Shown here: piece after piece, positions 1 to 13,625 of the stretch | Position numbering within the stretch: the first letter of the stretch is position 1 | Layout: each line of letters starts with the position of its first letter | Source: Phoronis australis | Lineage: Eukaryota; Animalia; Phoronida | DNA length: 64,000 nt | Assembly (NCBI GenBank): GCA_002633005.1 | Contig: NMRA01000268.1 | Location: 130,585-194,584, forward strand | Reading direction: 5' to 3' | Notes under the pieces: generated by a model | Seen by the model: only the letters and a program-made list of their open reading frames with translations | What the model was told of the DNA's origin: nothing | Databases searched by the model: none | Made by a program: the position numbers and the translations under genes

Positions 1-338
1 TTTGCTGACAGAAAGCTGTTGTGAAACAATAACTCGATTTTATATCCTATGGTCAGATGTTACGGGAATCTTTATTTAGATATTCATATACATAATTCGA
101 ATCATTGTTACTGTACAACTTTTGCTCTAACGGTTCTGTGGAAGGGTAATCGCGGCCCCCGATGAGCTCTTACATGTAAGTAGATTTGCAGTTTCGCGGC
201 TAATGCATCAGAATAACCAGGTGCACATTTTTTCCTTGACTCACTAGTATAGTTTTTCGTGACTGGGAGTTTTGCTGGTTGGTTTATGTTCGTGATGTCT
301 TCAGTTCGGCTGCGATGGGCCTGATAGGGTTCCGAGCC

Positions 339-491
339 ACTGGCCGGGATAGCAAGCGTTTTGTGTGTTTAGCTATGTTCTGCTGTCTGTATTTCACGGA
401 CAAATAATTTGAATTTATCACTGGCCGGGATAGCAAGCGTTTTGTGTGTTTAGCTATGTTCTACTGTCTGTATTTCACGGACAAATAATTT
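339..491. repeat. Tandem duplication of a ~73-bp unit (period ~80 bp)
   Basis: cactggccgggatagcaagcg...ggacaaataattt occurs at 339-411 and again at 419-491 with one substitution. Confidence 0.9.
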
Positions 492-888
492 CATCACCGT
501 GTTGTGAACTGCTGAACAGACTGCATTTGAACCTCTGACGTCATTGGTTAATTTCAACACCTCCGTATGTCGTCAGGTAAAAGAGCTGTTCTTGCTGTTA
601 TCAAGTGAAACTACTCGATCTAAATTGATACAAACTTTGTTGTTTTTGGGTGGCATTCTCCTTTAAAGTGAATAAAATGGTTATGGATTGCATCATGTTC
701 AACGTAGCTGAAAGCACAAACGATGTCAATGAAAGTAGTACTACCTAGAGTTAATTTTGTTAAACACAACCTGTTCAAGTTGTCTGAAAATACGATGAAG
801 AGGTGTCTCTTTATATATACTTAAATGAATACACGAGTAGATTTCAGTGAGTTACGTAAACACATCTATTGGCAAAATTTTCATTTAT

Positions 889-2993
889 ATACACAAAACG
901 TACCGAGAGTGGCGTACATGAAGTAACATCCCACGAGACATTATTCCGCGGTCTCGGTCGATACGCGGAATAAGGTCGAGTGGAATACTACTTCATGTAC
1001 TCCAATCGAGGTATGTTTTGTATTTATCTCATGCGCTTCGAATACCTAAGTTTCTTACATTTTTCGGCAGATTTTTCAAATACTTCACCCAGACTGTTCA
1101 CATGGCGGATCACATCCTATATGTATAGTCCGATTACCTCTCGTCGTCAGTCTCCAAAGGTCGTCCGCCATCTTGTTTCGCGTGCAGCGCTGCCACGCGG
1201 GACCTAGCGTTCCAATTTGGAACGCTCGTCTGCACGTTAGGTACTAACCTCTCGGGAGAAACACGCGTGGAAGAACTGAGACTAAAATTAATGCATTTAC
1301 CGACTGTTTTTTTGAGACCACTTAAAAACTTGTTGATTTTACTAATGCACTTTTTTGTTCATTTTCAGAAGATATTTTCGAAATTAAATTTTCTTCAGAC
1401 GGAACAAAAAGCAACCCAGGGATTGTTTATGCAATGTATCTATTTGTCCCAGGCACTAACCGACATCTGTTAGGCCAAAGGAAAAACGCAGCAGACAAAT
1501 GGAACACGCTGGGTGCTTAACAGTTTCGGCCCACGCCTTGGTCATCAAAATATTGTTCACTTGTTTTTTTATTGCAAAACACAGTACTGAACTCAACATT
1601 TATGTTGAAAATTTTGGTTAAAGCATTTTGAATTTATTTGAAGAAAATTAAAATACTTGAATTGATAGAGAATGGCCACCAATAAAGTAAAACATTGACT
1701 TTATTTCACTATATTGCATTTGTTACATACAACACAGCATGACATAATCAAAAATAAAAGAAGAGATTGAGCAATAAAATTCAAATGCAACTTGGGTATT
1801 TATTTATTTATTTATGAATGCAGAAGCCTGTTAAAGATGAGAAAAAATCAAACAATACAATTATGGGTAATTTATTAGAACAATTGTATCGAGGTTCAAT
1901 GATCAACTTCCGCCTACCAAGTCTCAAAGGCTTACAGTTCTGTTTTGGCTGACAAGGTGTTAACAGAGAATGAAGAGAAACTGAAAAGAAAAAGAAGGAC
2001 AGCAGAGATAAGTGATGTTAAGAACAACAAGAGCAAAAAGTCAAATAAAGAGGTCACAAATACAAAATAAGTAAGGTCTGCCTGGAATAAAACAATTGTG
2101 ATTTATTTTCCAGAACTGAAATTCTAAATCAATTTTAATCGATTTAAAAATCGATATCATACCAGTAAAACAGTTTGTGGTTGAAGTAGAGTTGCTGTAA
2201 ACCACTTTCCACTATTTTCTTGGCCTTTTTCTGTGTGGTTTTCTGTCCTTTCAAAAGGCGGCAGCACATGACGACCATAGGTGTCATTATAAAATGGCTG
2301 CCGAAAACCAATGCACAGTTGAACAACTCGGCTTAAGTAAAAGAAAACGTTTGAATCAACGAATACTATATATTTGTGAGAGTTAAATCAAGTCCTATTC
2401 AGATCATAACTTTGAAGTGGAATAATTGGGTGAGTAAGACAACAAGCCGGTTTTATGCTTAGGCGGACGACTATAGGGTTTCGGAGTGTATTTACTTGCG
2501 CGTTAGGTTGCAAGTTTTCTCTTGAAAAAGAAACAGTTTTAAAAGTAACGATTTATTTCTTGAAAAGAGGTAGCAAAGATGAAAACAACGGCAACTGAGC
2601 AGTGAACTTGTAATATCTCCTGGAAATAGTTAAAAAAACAACAATTTTTGATATTTTAATTTCCTAGGAATCGGCGCCTGAGTTGAAGACGATATAGTAG
2701 GCCTATTCAGCAATTGAAAACTGAGAGAAGGTGTCTTATAATTAACAGTTTTGTTCCAGATTTTACGTTTAGGGCCTGGTTGCATGTCGAGTGTTAGTTA
2801 CACTGTTGCAACTGTATTACTTTAAACTATATTCGGAAAGTTTGATGATCGAACCGGCTGAAGACGTCGAGTCGACATTGACCTACCTTTTGAACTTTCC
2901 ATGTCAGAGGTCGCTGTTGAAGTAGAGGTGAACACGGAATACTTTATTACATGGACGTATTTCCCTCGACAGATTCAACACGCGAGAGATAAA
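889..2993. mobile_element. Non-autonomous long-hairpin element, family A copy 1 (probably Crypton-derived)
   Basis: Imperfect hairpin of ~130 bp at 891-1023. Internal inverted repeat tttatctcatgcgcttcgaat (~1023) / attcaacacgcgagagataaa (~2973-2993). 2688-2993 aligns by eye with 50970-51273. Minus strand near 2715-2785 reads MQPGPKRKIWNKTVNYKTPS, resembling the catalytic-Tyr region of Crypton tyrosine recombinases. Confidence 0.55.
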
Positions 2994-3694
2994 ATTTCAG
3001 AACAAACGCATAGAAACTAAACGTCACTTCTTTCCTGAAAGTACTGTAATTTAACTTTAACACGGTAAATGTTTTGTTGAAAAACTCTCAATACGTACAC
3101 TGTGGAGTTTAAAAGATTTTTAAAACATTGGCTGTAAGCTTTCGTTCTCCATTTACATTTCGTCGGGAAACTTATAAATGAGCAACACTATGTGGAAAAT
3201 AAAACAACTTTATTGTTCAATCAAACATAAAACCGAATGCACTGAAGAAAACTCAGGGATGCTAATCTCCTCCGAAATTTCGTCTTTCGTTTGACGAATT
3301 ATTTCTATGAATGACGCATTGAAACTTAAAGCGGCAAGATTCCCGCCTTCATTCTCAACACTGGTCAATTTAGACCACATCGTTACGTCACTGACACGTT
3401 AGAGATAATTTCCAGGCTTAAAAAGAATTTGCTTGTTACCAGAATCTATAGGTTGGTTTTGTCACGACGTATCGTTTTATGCAAAAAGCAATGAAAATTT
3501 GTAAGCGCAATCTCAGAAGCTACATTTCAGTTACAAACAAGCTGATATGAGTTTTGTATCTGTAAGTGGCCTGAATCATATGTTGCCGTTTCTTGGACAG
3601 CACGGGATTAACAGCCACCTTAAGTGTCAGTATCCAAAAGTTGGATACCAGCAAGGATGGTGAATGTTTGTCGTACGTATCAAAGTTGTTGAGG

Positions 3695-4681
3695 TTAGAT
3701 GACCTGTAATACATTCACTCTGTTCCTGGTAATGCGTCGTTTGACAAGGTCACGTAAGTTTGAACTCAGGGAAAACATCACGACTGGGTTGACAATACAC
3801 GAACAATTGTAGATTATTCCACCGGCATCCAAGACTATCGTTGTCACTCCTGGTCCCCACTGAGTAAATATGCTGCTGGCACACGTGAACACTATTAGAG
3901 GCAAGACACAAGCAGTTCTGCCGCCTAAGATAATCATGGATGACCTAGTTAGTTTCTTGTTACGCTTCTTGGCCATCGCTATTATCCTCGGATTGTCGTT
4001 TGAAATTGCAAAGCAAATTCGCTTTCGTATCAGCTTTAATGTCCAAATGTAAAAGAGGAAAGACAAAATCAGAGGCACAATGAACGTTACAACGTACATA
4101 AGAGGAATGAATATTGGGTCGAACAGTAAATCCACTAGACATTTCGTTAAAGATGGTGCGTAACTTTTCGGGACTACAACGTAGAGGATTTGCGCTATCG
4201 GTGTTACGACAGAGGTTATGAAGAGAACGACAAGCAGGCATCTGGTTTTGTTGACACTCAATATCTGCGAGTGCTTAAGGGGCCACTTTGCCATACATAA
4301 CCTCTCCAATGCTATCAGTAGCTGAATTAACGGTGAATACATGTATGGTAGAAGGAAAATGAAATATGCAGTAAGGTGAAGTGAAGGGGTTTTACAGAAT
4401 GACACTAAGAGTTTTTGCGAGGCCAGGATGGTGACAGTTGCTAAATCGATAGGTAGCGAAACCGAAGAAAGCAACAAATCACACACCGTTAGTGACTTAA
4501 TCAGTAGCGCGGAAGAACCTTTCAGAATTTTGCTTTTCATCAGTATGCAGAGAAGAAGTCCATTGAACGTCAGAGACGTCGTAATTATCGTGAACTTCAG
4601 GACAACGTTCGTCCATTTCCAGTACAGGAGGCTCGGCAATACGTTGTCGTCCGAATGTGTTGTGTTATTGGCATCTGACAT
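3695..4681 (-). CDS. Rhodopsin-like (class A) 7TM GPCR, orphan, 328 aa, CDS without introns
   Basis: Seven hydrophobic segments; N-terminal NNTT sequon; TM1 FNG; TM2 LTVCDLL; TM3 end IALERL; TM5 FIVPLILSFLFY; TM6 ACVLP; TM7 NCSCIVNPVVM; helix 8 SSNLR. The ORF track starts at a GTG at 4813; the first ATG is 4681, 11 nt after a TTTACAG acceptor (likely 5'UTR intron). Minus-strand AATAAA at 3209-3214. Confidence 0.92.
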   Translation of the reverse strand: MSDANNTTHSDDNVLPSLLYWKWTNVVLKFTIITTSLTFNGLLLCILMKSKILKGSSALLIKSLTVCDLLLSSVSLPIDLATVTILASQKLLVSFCKTPSLHLTAYFIFLLPYMYSPLIQLLIALERLCMAKWPLKHSQILSVNKTRCLLVVLFITSVVTPIAQILYVVVPKSYAPSLTKCLVDLLFDPIFIPLMYVVTFIVPLILSFLFYIWTLKLIRKRICFAISNDNPRIIAMAKKRNKKLTRSSMIILGGRTACVLPLIVFTCASSIFTQWGPGVTTIVLDAGGIIYNCSCIVNPVVMFSLSSNLRDLVKRRITRNRVNVLQVI

Positions 4682-6113
4682 CCTGATGTCGCCTGTAAAG
4701 GTAATCGTTGTATAAATATCACTACGATAAAACAAAATAAAGTTTATCGAAAGTAGGTGATCATGGACCAAGGCCTTTTTGTGGACACCAGTTAGAGACT
4801 GCAAGGTCGACACGCGAGTTTGGAGATTTCTTCAGTTATCGTGAATTCGGGTCTACATGTAATCTTTGTACTCGAAATAAACTTTGAAATTATTTTAAAC
4901 ACGCTTTCTTCCACTCTAATGCGAACACATGATAAATGTACTATATAGTTCTAGGCTCGAACATGTTGTGGTTTCCCCGGATGGCTTGCTAATCCTTATT
5001 TGCACTTGATGACCCCAGCGTTATTTCCATACATTTGAATGCAAACTCGAAATCATGAGCTTTTACTTGCTTGAAATTTCAATTTTATACTGGGGAACTA
5101 TCCCGGTAGATGGAGTGGCTGTGACGCGGCGAACTGGGGATACAGAGTTCGATCAGAGAGGAGGACTACAAAAATTTGGAGAGCAAAACACGTCTTTATT
5201 ATGCCAAACATTCTTGTTTATTTATTCAACGCTGCTGCGAGCGAGGCTAGCATCACGCATGGCTATCACCAACACCAAACATTTCCCGGATCTTTCCCTG
5301 TTCAAGTAACAACAAACTCGTTTCGAACTTTCATGCAGTTTCTTGGGTCTCTATCCTACTCTTCACTAAAATTTCATGGTCAAAAATTCGAAACGAATCC
5401 GTTGTTGGAGTTCTCATACAGGGTTCTTCTGTCGTATTTGCTCCGTAGTCAGTGGGCCACCAGCTGTAGGAGCCTTAACAGGTATCGTGAGTACTTCTAC
5501 CGGACAACTGTATTTTACCTTTTTTCCACCTCCTTCATGTGTAATTTACCAATAAGTTTGGTGAAAAATGACAAAATTTTGAAGTTTGGTGTTCGCGCAG
5601 AATGCGTCATTATTGATAAAAATATTGTCTAAGGCATTTGAACAGACACATGTTAACATCATTGGTTCTACAGAAGAAGTAAAACGATCAAATTAGGTCA
5701 GAATAGCAGTAAGCTCTTTAAAATATCGGACAAGGATATTTTATTAACAAAACGTAGGATAACAGCTGCTCTCAATTCTGGATGAGCGTATATTTATGTA
5801 TGGTGTGTAACTCTGACATCATATAAACGGCAATACACCCGGATGTAAGGCTTCACTAGGGAGTAGAATTACACCACTTCCAGAGGTCGCGTAAACGTAA
5901 ATTTACACTGGTGTGAATATACACCTGCCGCATGTGAACGCTACTTAAAATTGCGCATGGCTGTAAAAGGAAGATCTCTCCTCCAAAATTCCATTACAAG
6001 GGTTCTATTGTGATCCCGTCACTTCTTAAAGCAATACCACTTCACTTTAAATGTCCAAAACATCTGTTGTCATGTATGTGGTTTAATGTGGTCTTTTATT
6101 GAAATAGTGCTCA

Positions 6114-6205
6114 TGCTGCTGCTGCTGCTGCTGCGGCTGCTGCTGCTGCTGCGGCTGCTGCTGCTGCTGTTTCTCCTGCTGTTGCGGCTGCTGTTGTTGC
6201 GGCTT
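6114..6205. repeat. (CTG/GCT)n trinucleotide microsatellite
   Basis: Run of gctgctgct with occasional gcg/gtt variants. Confidence 0.95.
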
Positions 6206-6565
6206 TGGGGTGAAACTTTCACGTTTTCTTATGCCACGATTTCACTGGATATGCACCATCCCTAAGATGTGCAACAGGCATACGTCATCAGGACAACTCA
6301 GTTTTTCGGTTCAGTTTGCAAAATTCGTTGTTCACACTGAACTCTGAATTTCCAAAGGACAATAGGCATACGTCACAGAACACGACCATCTTGTGTTTAC
6401 ATCACTAGTACAATAATCAGTGTCACTAATCAATCACTCAAAATCATCGAATGCTAGAACGACTTTGTTGAAACAAATCTTGAAAGATATTTCGGACACG
6501 ACTATGCGACTTCCATGGGTACGACTGCTAGACGTCACAAGTGGTAACGCCCAAATTTATCGTTC

Positions 6566-6720
6566 AGGGCCCGGTTGCATAAAAGTTATATGCCTTATAG
6601 CAACAATGACGTCGTGTTATCACGCGTCATGTTGCCTTGTCAAACAATGCTACTGACGTTATGCACCAATCAAACTTATCCAGTGGGTAATTTTCAAGTT
6701 TTATGCAATCCAGCCCTGGT
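6566..6720. mobile_element. ~155-bp MITE with terminal inverted repeats
   Basis: Ends cagggcccggttgcataaaa ... ttttatgcaatccagccctg. Related copies in opposite orientation at ~43019-43170 and ~47860-48003. Confidence 0.7.
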
Positions 6721-6879
6721 GTGAAACTTTTTCGAGAAATGACCTTTCGCGCAGTGGGACTATTCGACGTGGTGTCGCTGCTGTGCTAGTGGTGATTGAA
6801 TTGCGCATGCGTCGCTGTCTGCATGTAAACAGATGGTAAAAAGACGGGATTGTTATCAAAATACGTCGTCGCGCTAAGC

Positions 6880-7790
6880 CTTATTTTTGCTATTTTCCTG
6901 GATGAAAATCTTCGAAAGGGGGTCACAAATTCTCAAAAGATCTAAGATTACTACAGGCGTGGAGAATTGCGGTCAAAAGGGTCAACCAAGTGACACAAAG
7001 TGTGTGGATGCCGAAGCCTCACTCCCCGTGTGTGTGCTCTATGCATTTCCATTGAGAAACTACAAAATCACGTTACTTGGTAAGTTTTAAGCAATTATGT
7101 TTCTATCGACATCGCTCAGTGATGTTATCCCCACCAGTTACCCCACTGAATAACAGGTTTATTCAGTGGAACTAAGTGTTTCTCTTCAGAAACTCACCCG
7201 GGACTCGGATGGTAGGCTAGCAGCACAAATTGTCCTGTGTGGGAGTACTCACAATATAAGAGGTGTATGGGACGTGCCACTCAGAAGTCAAGGGTGACAT
7301 TTTAACAGCAGTTAGTTTACAAAACTATAATATGCCCAATAAAATTCTCTAGATGAATAAGTTTTCTTTATTTTATAACGGACCCCACCACAATTACTAC
7401 CAGATTATAGTTACAGAATTAACATGAATGAGCCATTCAGTAAATCCATAACATTGCATTAGAATAAATTTTGACACCTAGAATGAACTTTATTTGTTGA
7501 GCTCAGAAACACGTTTTAGGTGTCATGAAAAAAAACACATCCTTAAATCAATTTTAGCCTGTTTCACATATTTTAATTCAGATATTAAATAAGGATTAGG
7601 CACAAAGATTATTAGTTTCTACATATAAACATGAATATAAAATGTCAAGTAAGTTCTGCCTTTAAAAGGTAGTTTTGTATTGTGTTTTCCTTTATAATTT
7701 GCTAATATTTCTCTGACTATTCTGTTACAGATGAGAGAAAACGACTGAAACCAGCTGCCTTACCGTCTATTTTACCTTTCGACAAAGTGA
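6880..7790 (+). pseudogene. Degenerate THAP-domain remnant (DNA-transposon derived)
   Basis: Fragments in THAP order: FCYFPG*KSS (~6885), LYAFPLRN (~7037), and after a ttacag acceptor at 7730, ERKRLKPAALPSI (cf. THAP RLKxxAVPTIF). Interrupted by stops. Confidence 0.4.
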
Positions 7791-8867
7791 AAAGCAGTCT
7801 TTCAGCAATAACCTGACGAAATTGAACATTTCAATTCAGAAAGTCAGCCCTTTATATCCCTGATTGGGAAAATTACAATTGTTTTTAATAAATAATGTTC
7901 ATTATTGTTTATTTTCGAATCTTGTGCACAGCAGATTCTTATCGAGCTAGCTACGATATAAAACATACTTTGCTTGCATGTGGAACTTTTGTTATAGACA
8001 AGTTAACACAAAACTTAAAACTGTTCAAAAGCCTTCTTGAGAAAGCCCCGAAAATAGTTTCACACATAAACAAATCAAATGCAATCAAAAGGAATACTAC
8101 TTCGTTTTGATCGCGGACATTTCTATAGGTCAACAGGAAAATGACAATTCGCAAGCGTAATTGGTAATCACTTCAGCTTTATAAAGAAGCAGCACAACAG
8201 CACTGTATGGGGTTTTAAAACTCAAGAAATATTGTGGTTTGAATAATAAGTGACAAACTTGCCTGTTGGTGAAGTATTTATTCGATCACCAAAGTTTAAC
8301 ATTAACGGGCTTTTTACTGACAATAAGACAATCGATGCAGTCCCTGAATGTCATATCCGCACAGTACGTATCAAGTTGAAAAGTTTTTACTAGTAGTATA
8401 AAGCCTTTCTTCTGAAAGGAAAAGTTAATGTCACTCAGTGAGAAAGGACAGGTATTTATACCAGATGCTTTTGGTTTTCATTACACTGCCAAGGCTGTTC
8501 AAAGCCCCTTCCATCCATTACACCGTCAAGTGAAGACTGCACTTGACAGGTGCGTGAACTCCGTCCCTGCAACAGAAACTTATGGACTTCGTCCTAGACC
8601 TTTTCGCAATGCCTCCCACCAAAGACTTAGCAGGTGCTCGTGGACTGTCGCTGCTGTTAACGCAACCATGTGTCTCATCGGCGAACACATGATCGCGCAA
8701 GTTGCTGCTTGGCTGCCAGTACAAGAACTTGGTGAGGAACCGAATGTCATCATTGCTTTCAACAGGGAAGCTCGGGAATGGCCTCCTGGAGTAGCCCAAG
8801 CATTGTGCCGTCAGCAATGGCGTGATCTTGGCGGTATTAATGCCATCATTGTAGCAACTGATGGATC

Positions 8868-9311
8868 NNNNNNNNNNNNNNNNNNNNNNNNNNNNNNNNN
8901 NNNNNNNNNNNNNNNNNNNNNNNNNNNNNNNNNNNNNNNNNNNNNNNNNNNNNNNNNNNNNNNNNNNNNNNNNNNNNNNNNNNNNNNNNNNNNNNNNNNN
9001 NNNNNNNNNNNNNNNNNNNNNNNNNNNNNNNNNNNNNNNNNNNNNNNNNNNNNNNNNNNNNNNNNNNNNNNNNNNNNNNNNNNNNNNNNNNNNNNNNNNN
9101 NNNNNNNNNNNNNNNNNNNNNNNNNNNNNNNNNNNNNNNNNNNNNNNNNNNNNNNNNNNNNNNNNNNNNNNNNNNNNNNNNNNNNNNNNNNNNNNNNNNN
9201 NNNNNNNNNNNNNNNNNNNNNNNNNNNNNNNNNNNNNNNNNNNNNNNNNNNNNNNNNNNNNNNNNNNNNNNNNNNNNNNNNNNNNNNNNNNNNNNNNNNN
9301 NNNNNNNNNNN
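8868..9311. other. Assembly gap (444 N)
   Basis: Run of N. Confidence 1.
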
Positions 9312-10416
9312 ACAGGTATTACAGGTATTACACTGGGATCGAGTTTCAATGGCCTACACAAGCACTTATAAAAAGGTCCAGTTTAGGCAAATGGCTTTCC
9401 TTAATGTAACCTCATTCAGCCTCAATAAAGTCCACAATTAGATCCTTGAAGATAAACACAACATATCACTTGACTCGCTTTGTGCCTAAAATCTGACCCT
9501 GAACTAGACCAGAGTGTCACTAGGTCTTCTTTAGCTTCAGTTCCTCATTTTTGCTTTCAGGAAAGGAAATAAACTATTGTTGTCCACACATGACCCATTG
9601 CCTATGAAAGGGCATCCTCACCAATGAGGCTGGCTGGTGTAATAGTCAGATATAGTTCCTCTTCACACACAAACAATCCACTGGAACATTTTCGTATGGT
9701 AACTTAGTACTGCGAATCACATTTCTCCAGGACCACTTTCGTGTACATTGTGCCATGCACCACTGCTGGTGTGTGGACGACGTGCTGTGGAAAAAGAAAG
9801 GAATAAAAAGCTTGTCTATGTTGCGGCTTGAAGTGGCCTTAAAAATTTGACTGAACCTGGATCAACAGTTGAAACGTGAATAATTAAGAACGTTAGTTTG
9901 GGTTAAAAATGTTGACCTTGTTTTTCAAAAATATGATATGGTAGCTGCTTTACAATGTCACACATAATTAAATAATTACTATTTCCAGAAATCATTCCAA
10001 ACATTAATAATACTGCTTTGATTTACGAAAAGATCCCGAGTGCTACGTCAAGTATCGTAACGCACATCAGTCATCACAGCAAACATCACACTGGCGACTG
10101 CAGCGAAGTCGCCATCGACCAGTACCTCAATTAACAGGTATCGGTATTGTTAACATGGAATAGTCGTTGAAATAATCACAAACCTTACCTTTGTATAAGG
10201 TCATGCTTACTTCCTGTCATAGAAGCACCCTTTTCACGCAATCTGAGATTCAGTTGGCACAGCTGCAAGCTATTTCACCATGTATTTAATGAGCTCACGA
10301 AATCGAGTCTGCTTAATCTAACACCACACAAGCGCGCTCTCTGTCGCTTTGGTTGTGATTGCACTAATAGTTTTGTATGCATTGAGAACAGGAAAACTAG
10401 TGTTTTGTAAGTCTAC

Positions 10417-10573
10417 CAGTCTCCCGTTCAGTAACGCTAGGACCTCGCTAAAAAGCAAGACTTCTCGAATTTACGTGAGATAGTGCGGTTTATTTTAAAT
10501 GAGAACTCGTGACTTTGGTTAGATTTTAGCTAGACCCTAGTGTAGGTCCTAGCATTGCTGAACGCACACCAGG
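10417..10573. mobile_element. ~155-bp MITE
   Basis: TIR cgttcagtaacgctaggacct / aggtcctagcattgctgaacg. A close inverted copy lies at 38317-38478. Confidence 0.8.
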
Positions 10574-13500
10574 TTAGCAACACCATGGTTACAAAATTCT
10601 GTGACTATTTATTACGATTTGGCTCCAGCCTACAGGGTGGATTGGCTTATTCGTTTGCAATACATTAGAAGAATTCATCTGATCGCAAAATGATTGGGCT
10701 TATAAAACTTTGACGGGCATCTGCCTGTTTGACAGTTTTCAAATCACTCTTCGTGTTTGATTTTTTATTATTAAATTCATTTTGCCAACAGTCCATCGAT
10801 CGTTTGTGGTACATCCTTAATTGCCACTTGCGACATACTGTAGTTTCAAATGCAATACGGTGGGTCTCGATACCCGAACCCAGATTCAAGGTAATTGTTG
10901 TAAAAGAACCTTCTCTTTACTAGCAAACGTTGCTTCATAGCATCGAATTGTGTAGAGTACTGAGCGCAAATACATGTATTGTTTTTCTTCTCCTCATACA
11001 AACGCCATACAAATTCACATTTACACCTGGGTGCAGATTTGTCGTTGCGTATGCTGTATATTTACGTAAACGTAGGAGTGTAAAAGTGCTGCATATCAAC
11101 GGGGCTTCTGACGCACGTTATCATCTACCTTCCGTGATCAGATTTTAGATCAGCAACTTAGGTAACATGGCTTAAACTGTTTAACGGTACTTCTGATCCA
11201 TCAGCCACCGATTTCTCACTTTGGTTAATTGGAATCTCCATTTACAGCATGTACCAGAAATGGGTTTCCCTGTGTGTAATTGGCTAATGCCGTTCTTTAA
11301 ATCGTCCTCTAAAGCTCAAACTACGTGACTGCTTAATCCACAAAAACTTTGTTTTTAAAGATAATATGGGGTAATTAGTTAACGTTACTACGGTTGTCGC
11401 AGCTTTTCATTGTTTATTGAATAAGACTGTCACTCTTAATTAAGATCAGACATTTGACTTGTGATAAACCGGACAATTGTTTTAATTTTTATTTCAATAA
11501 TGCACAATTATTGAAGCCTATGTAGGTTAACGGTTTCCCAGGATTTTCCGGCAAATCTTAATGACAACAAAGGAAAACGCTAATAAGCGATCGTTGCGCT
11601 ATTGTCAAAACAATAGACGGCTATAGCTAAAATTAGATGTTGGGTCAGTTGAATCTGTTTGAAAATCCACGACGTGCATTTTTGTTAATTTTATTCGCAA
11701 ACTGTCGTGTCTCTTTGACATTAACCAACGAATACGCGCTATTTTACCTGTAATTAAAATGGCTATGAATGATGCTGTGATTACATGTACATGCCAGAAG
11801 TTGGATAGCGCCAGAGCATCCTCACCATGTGCCTCTGTGTCAGCTTTCTCTCTCAGATATTATGTTTCCTAGCGTGATCAACACAGGTTTCAAAATAATC
11901 ACCAGACAGGGACTATCCATCATGATACGATATTCGAAAACGTCAAGATCGAGTGATGACAACGCATCCTTGTCACGTACTTACATATACTTCTGAGACA
12001 AGATTCGTAAAAATCTGAGTTGCTGTTTTGATGCTAATCAACGGAAACGAATGTCTTACTGAAAACTAAACCGATAAACAAAGGCACTATGGTACCCGAG
12101 ACAGTATGTCCGTAAATTGACTGTGCCGGCACGTCCTAGCCACTAACATTCGTGTCTATTAACATCAAAACCAGTTGAGTTGTTTGAGACGGAAACATAA
12201 ATGGCCAACAGGATTCTTTGCCACAGTCAAATCCGTCACCAAATCGACGGGTGGCATTGAAATCCTGCAATACGCATATTTTGCCATGAAGATCTTTTGC
12301 CACAACAATGCATTTGCCTTCTGGTTATCAATTTATCAGTAGTTAAGATTCCAATAGTTAAAGGATGTGTTTTTACCTTCAGACTCCTCACAAACAAGAA
12401 ACTGCTTCAGGCTTGGTCTTGAGAATTGTTTACAGAATTTTCTAAATATGTTTCTAAAAAGGCTTTACACGACATGAAATTTCCGGTGAACATCTCTCTC
12501 AATGAGAAAACAGCTGATGTGAGTGTAGTTGGTTCTCGATGTTTTAATAACCTCGCTTTACATATATGAGCCAATCACGCTTCTCTTTCTTCCAACTGCT
12601 GTAAACAGATTCGTCGTTAACTAGCTGCGTGATAGTTAGGTCATCTAAGCCAGTTGATTTCCTGAATAATTAGTGTACTTAAATCGACATTTGTATCTTT
12701 CCTGTGTTTTACAAAGAACCGAAAATGTTTATGTTGCTTTGAGCACCAGTACAGTTACCTACATGCGTGTATATGTTAAATTCACGAGGCTGTCGATTAT
12801 GTCCTTGTTTTCGAATGTAAGGCCATAGTCCTACACTGTGGCACTATAATTTTTGCCAGACAATGTATTATTTACCTTATAATCAACTCATCTTCGACAA
12901 TGCAAACTGCATAGCCACTTCTGTTGTGTTTCATTACTAATTCATTATTTTTGTCGAAATGGTTTAAGACGGCGAATATTTACTTTGATGGTACTGATTA
13001 GTACGGTGATGGACTTCCGACAGAAAACACACACACCAAATCTCAGAAGAAATAGTATCTCAAACAAGCTCCTGGCTTTGCACATGAATTGGTGAATGTT
13101 GCATTTTTTAATTTTTACATCAAATATATTGTTTCACCTATAAGCTCAATGGCTTACAGTATGAATATGATTTTATGGCAGCTGTAACAAAACTCAACCA
13201 AGCGAAAAATAACGAACGAAGTAGAGAATATGTACTTTCACCTTTTTTCAGATGCACATAACACCATAAGAACATGAAAATCTTGCAAAACTACGATGTT
13301 GTAAGGGAGGAACTAGACAAATAAATTTGTCCTCACTTAGAAGGATTCTAAACCCGGATGTTGGCTACTATCGGACATTTAGGCTGACTTAACATCATTT
13401 AAACCATTTCAAGCAAAGCTTGATAATAAAATGTAGGTCTTGAGCCATCCATGAATTTCTTATATTGATCATAAGACATTCTGATGGACTGAATATTTAC

Positions 13501-13625
13501 CTACCTCGGACACCTCTCATCTCCTTCGATGGGTTGATGTAAAGTCCTCGTGGCGGGGTCTCTTGTCACGTAGGAAATTGTTTGTCTATTGGGGCTGTCT
13601 TCACTCGTTCCTTGCTAAGGTTAGT

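Noticed and set aside
4682-4813. 44-aa N-terminal extension of the GPCR given in the ORF track
   Set aside because: It starts at GTG and crosses a likely splice acceptor; ATG 4681 gives a normal glycosylated N-terminus.
5055-5632. Plus-strand ORFs of 84 and 143 aa
   Set aside because: No recognisable motif or splice structure; probably GPCR upstream or UTR sequence.
8428-9441. Long ORFs of 171-337 aa
   Set aside because: They are open only because they run through the N gap; the flanks look like decayed TE sequence I cannot assign.
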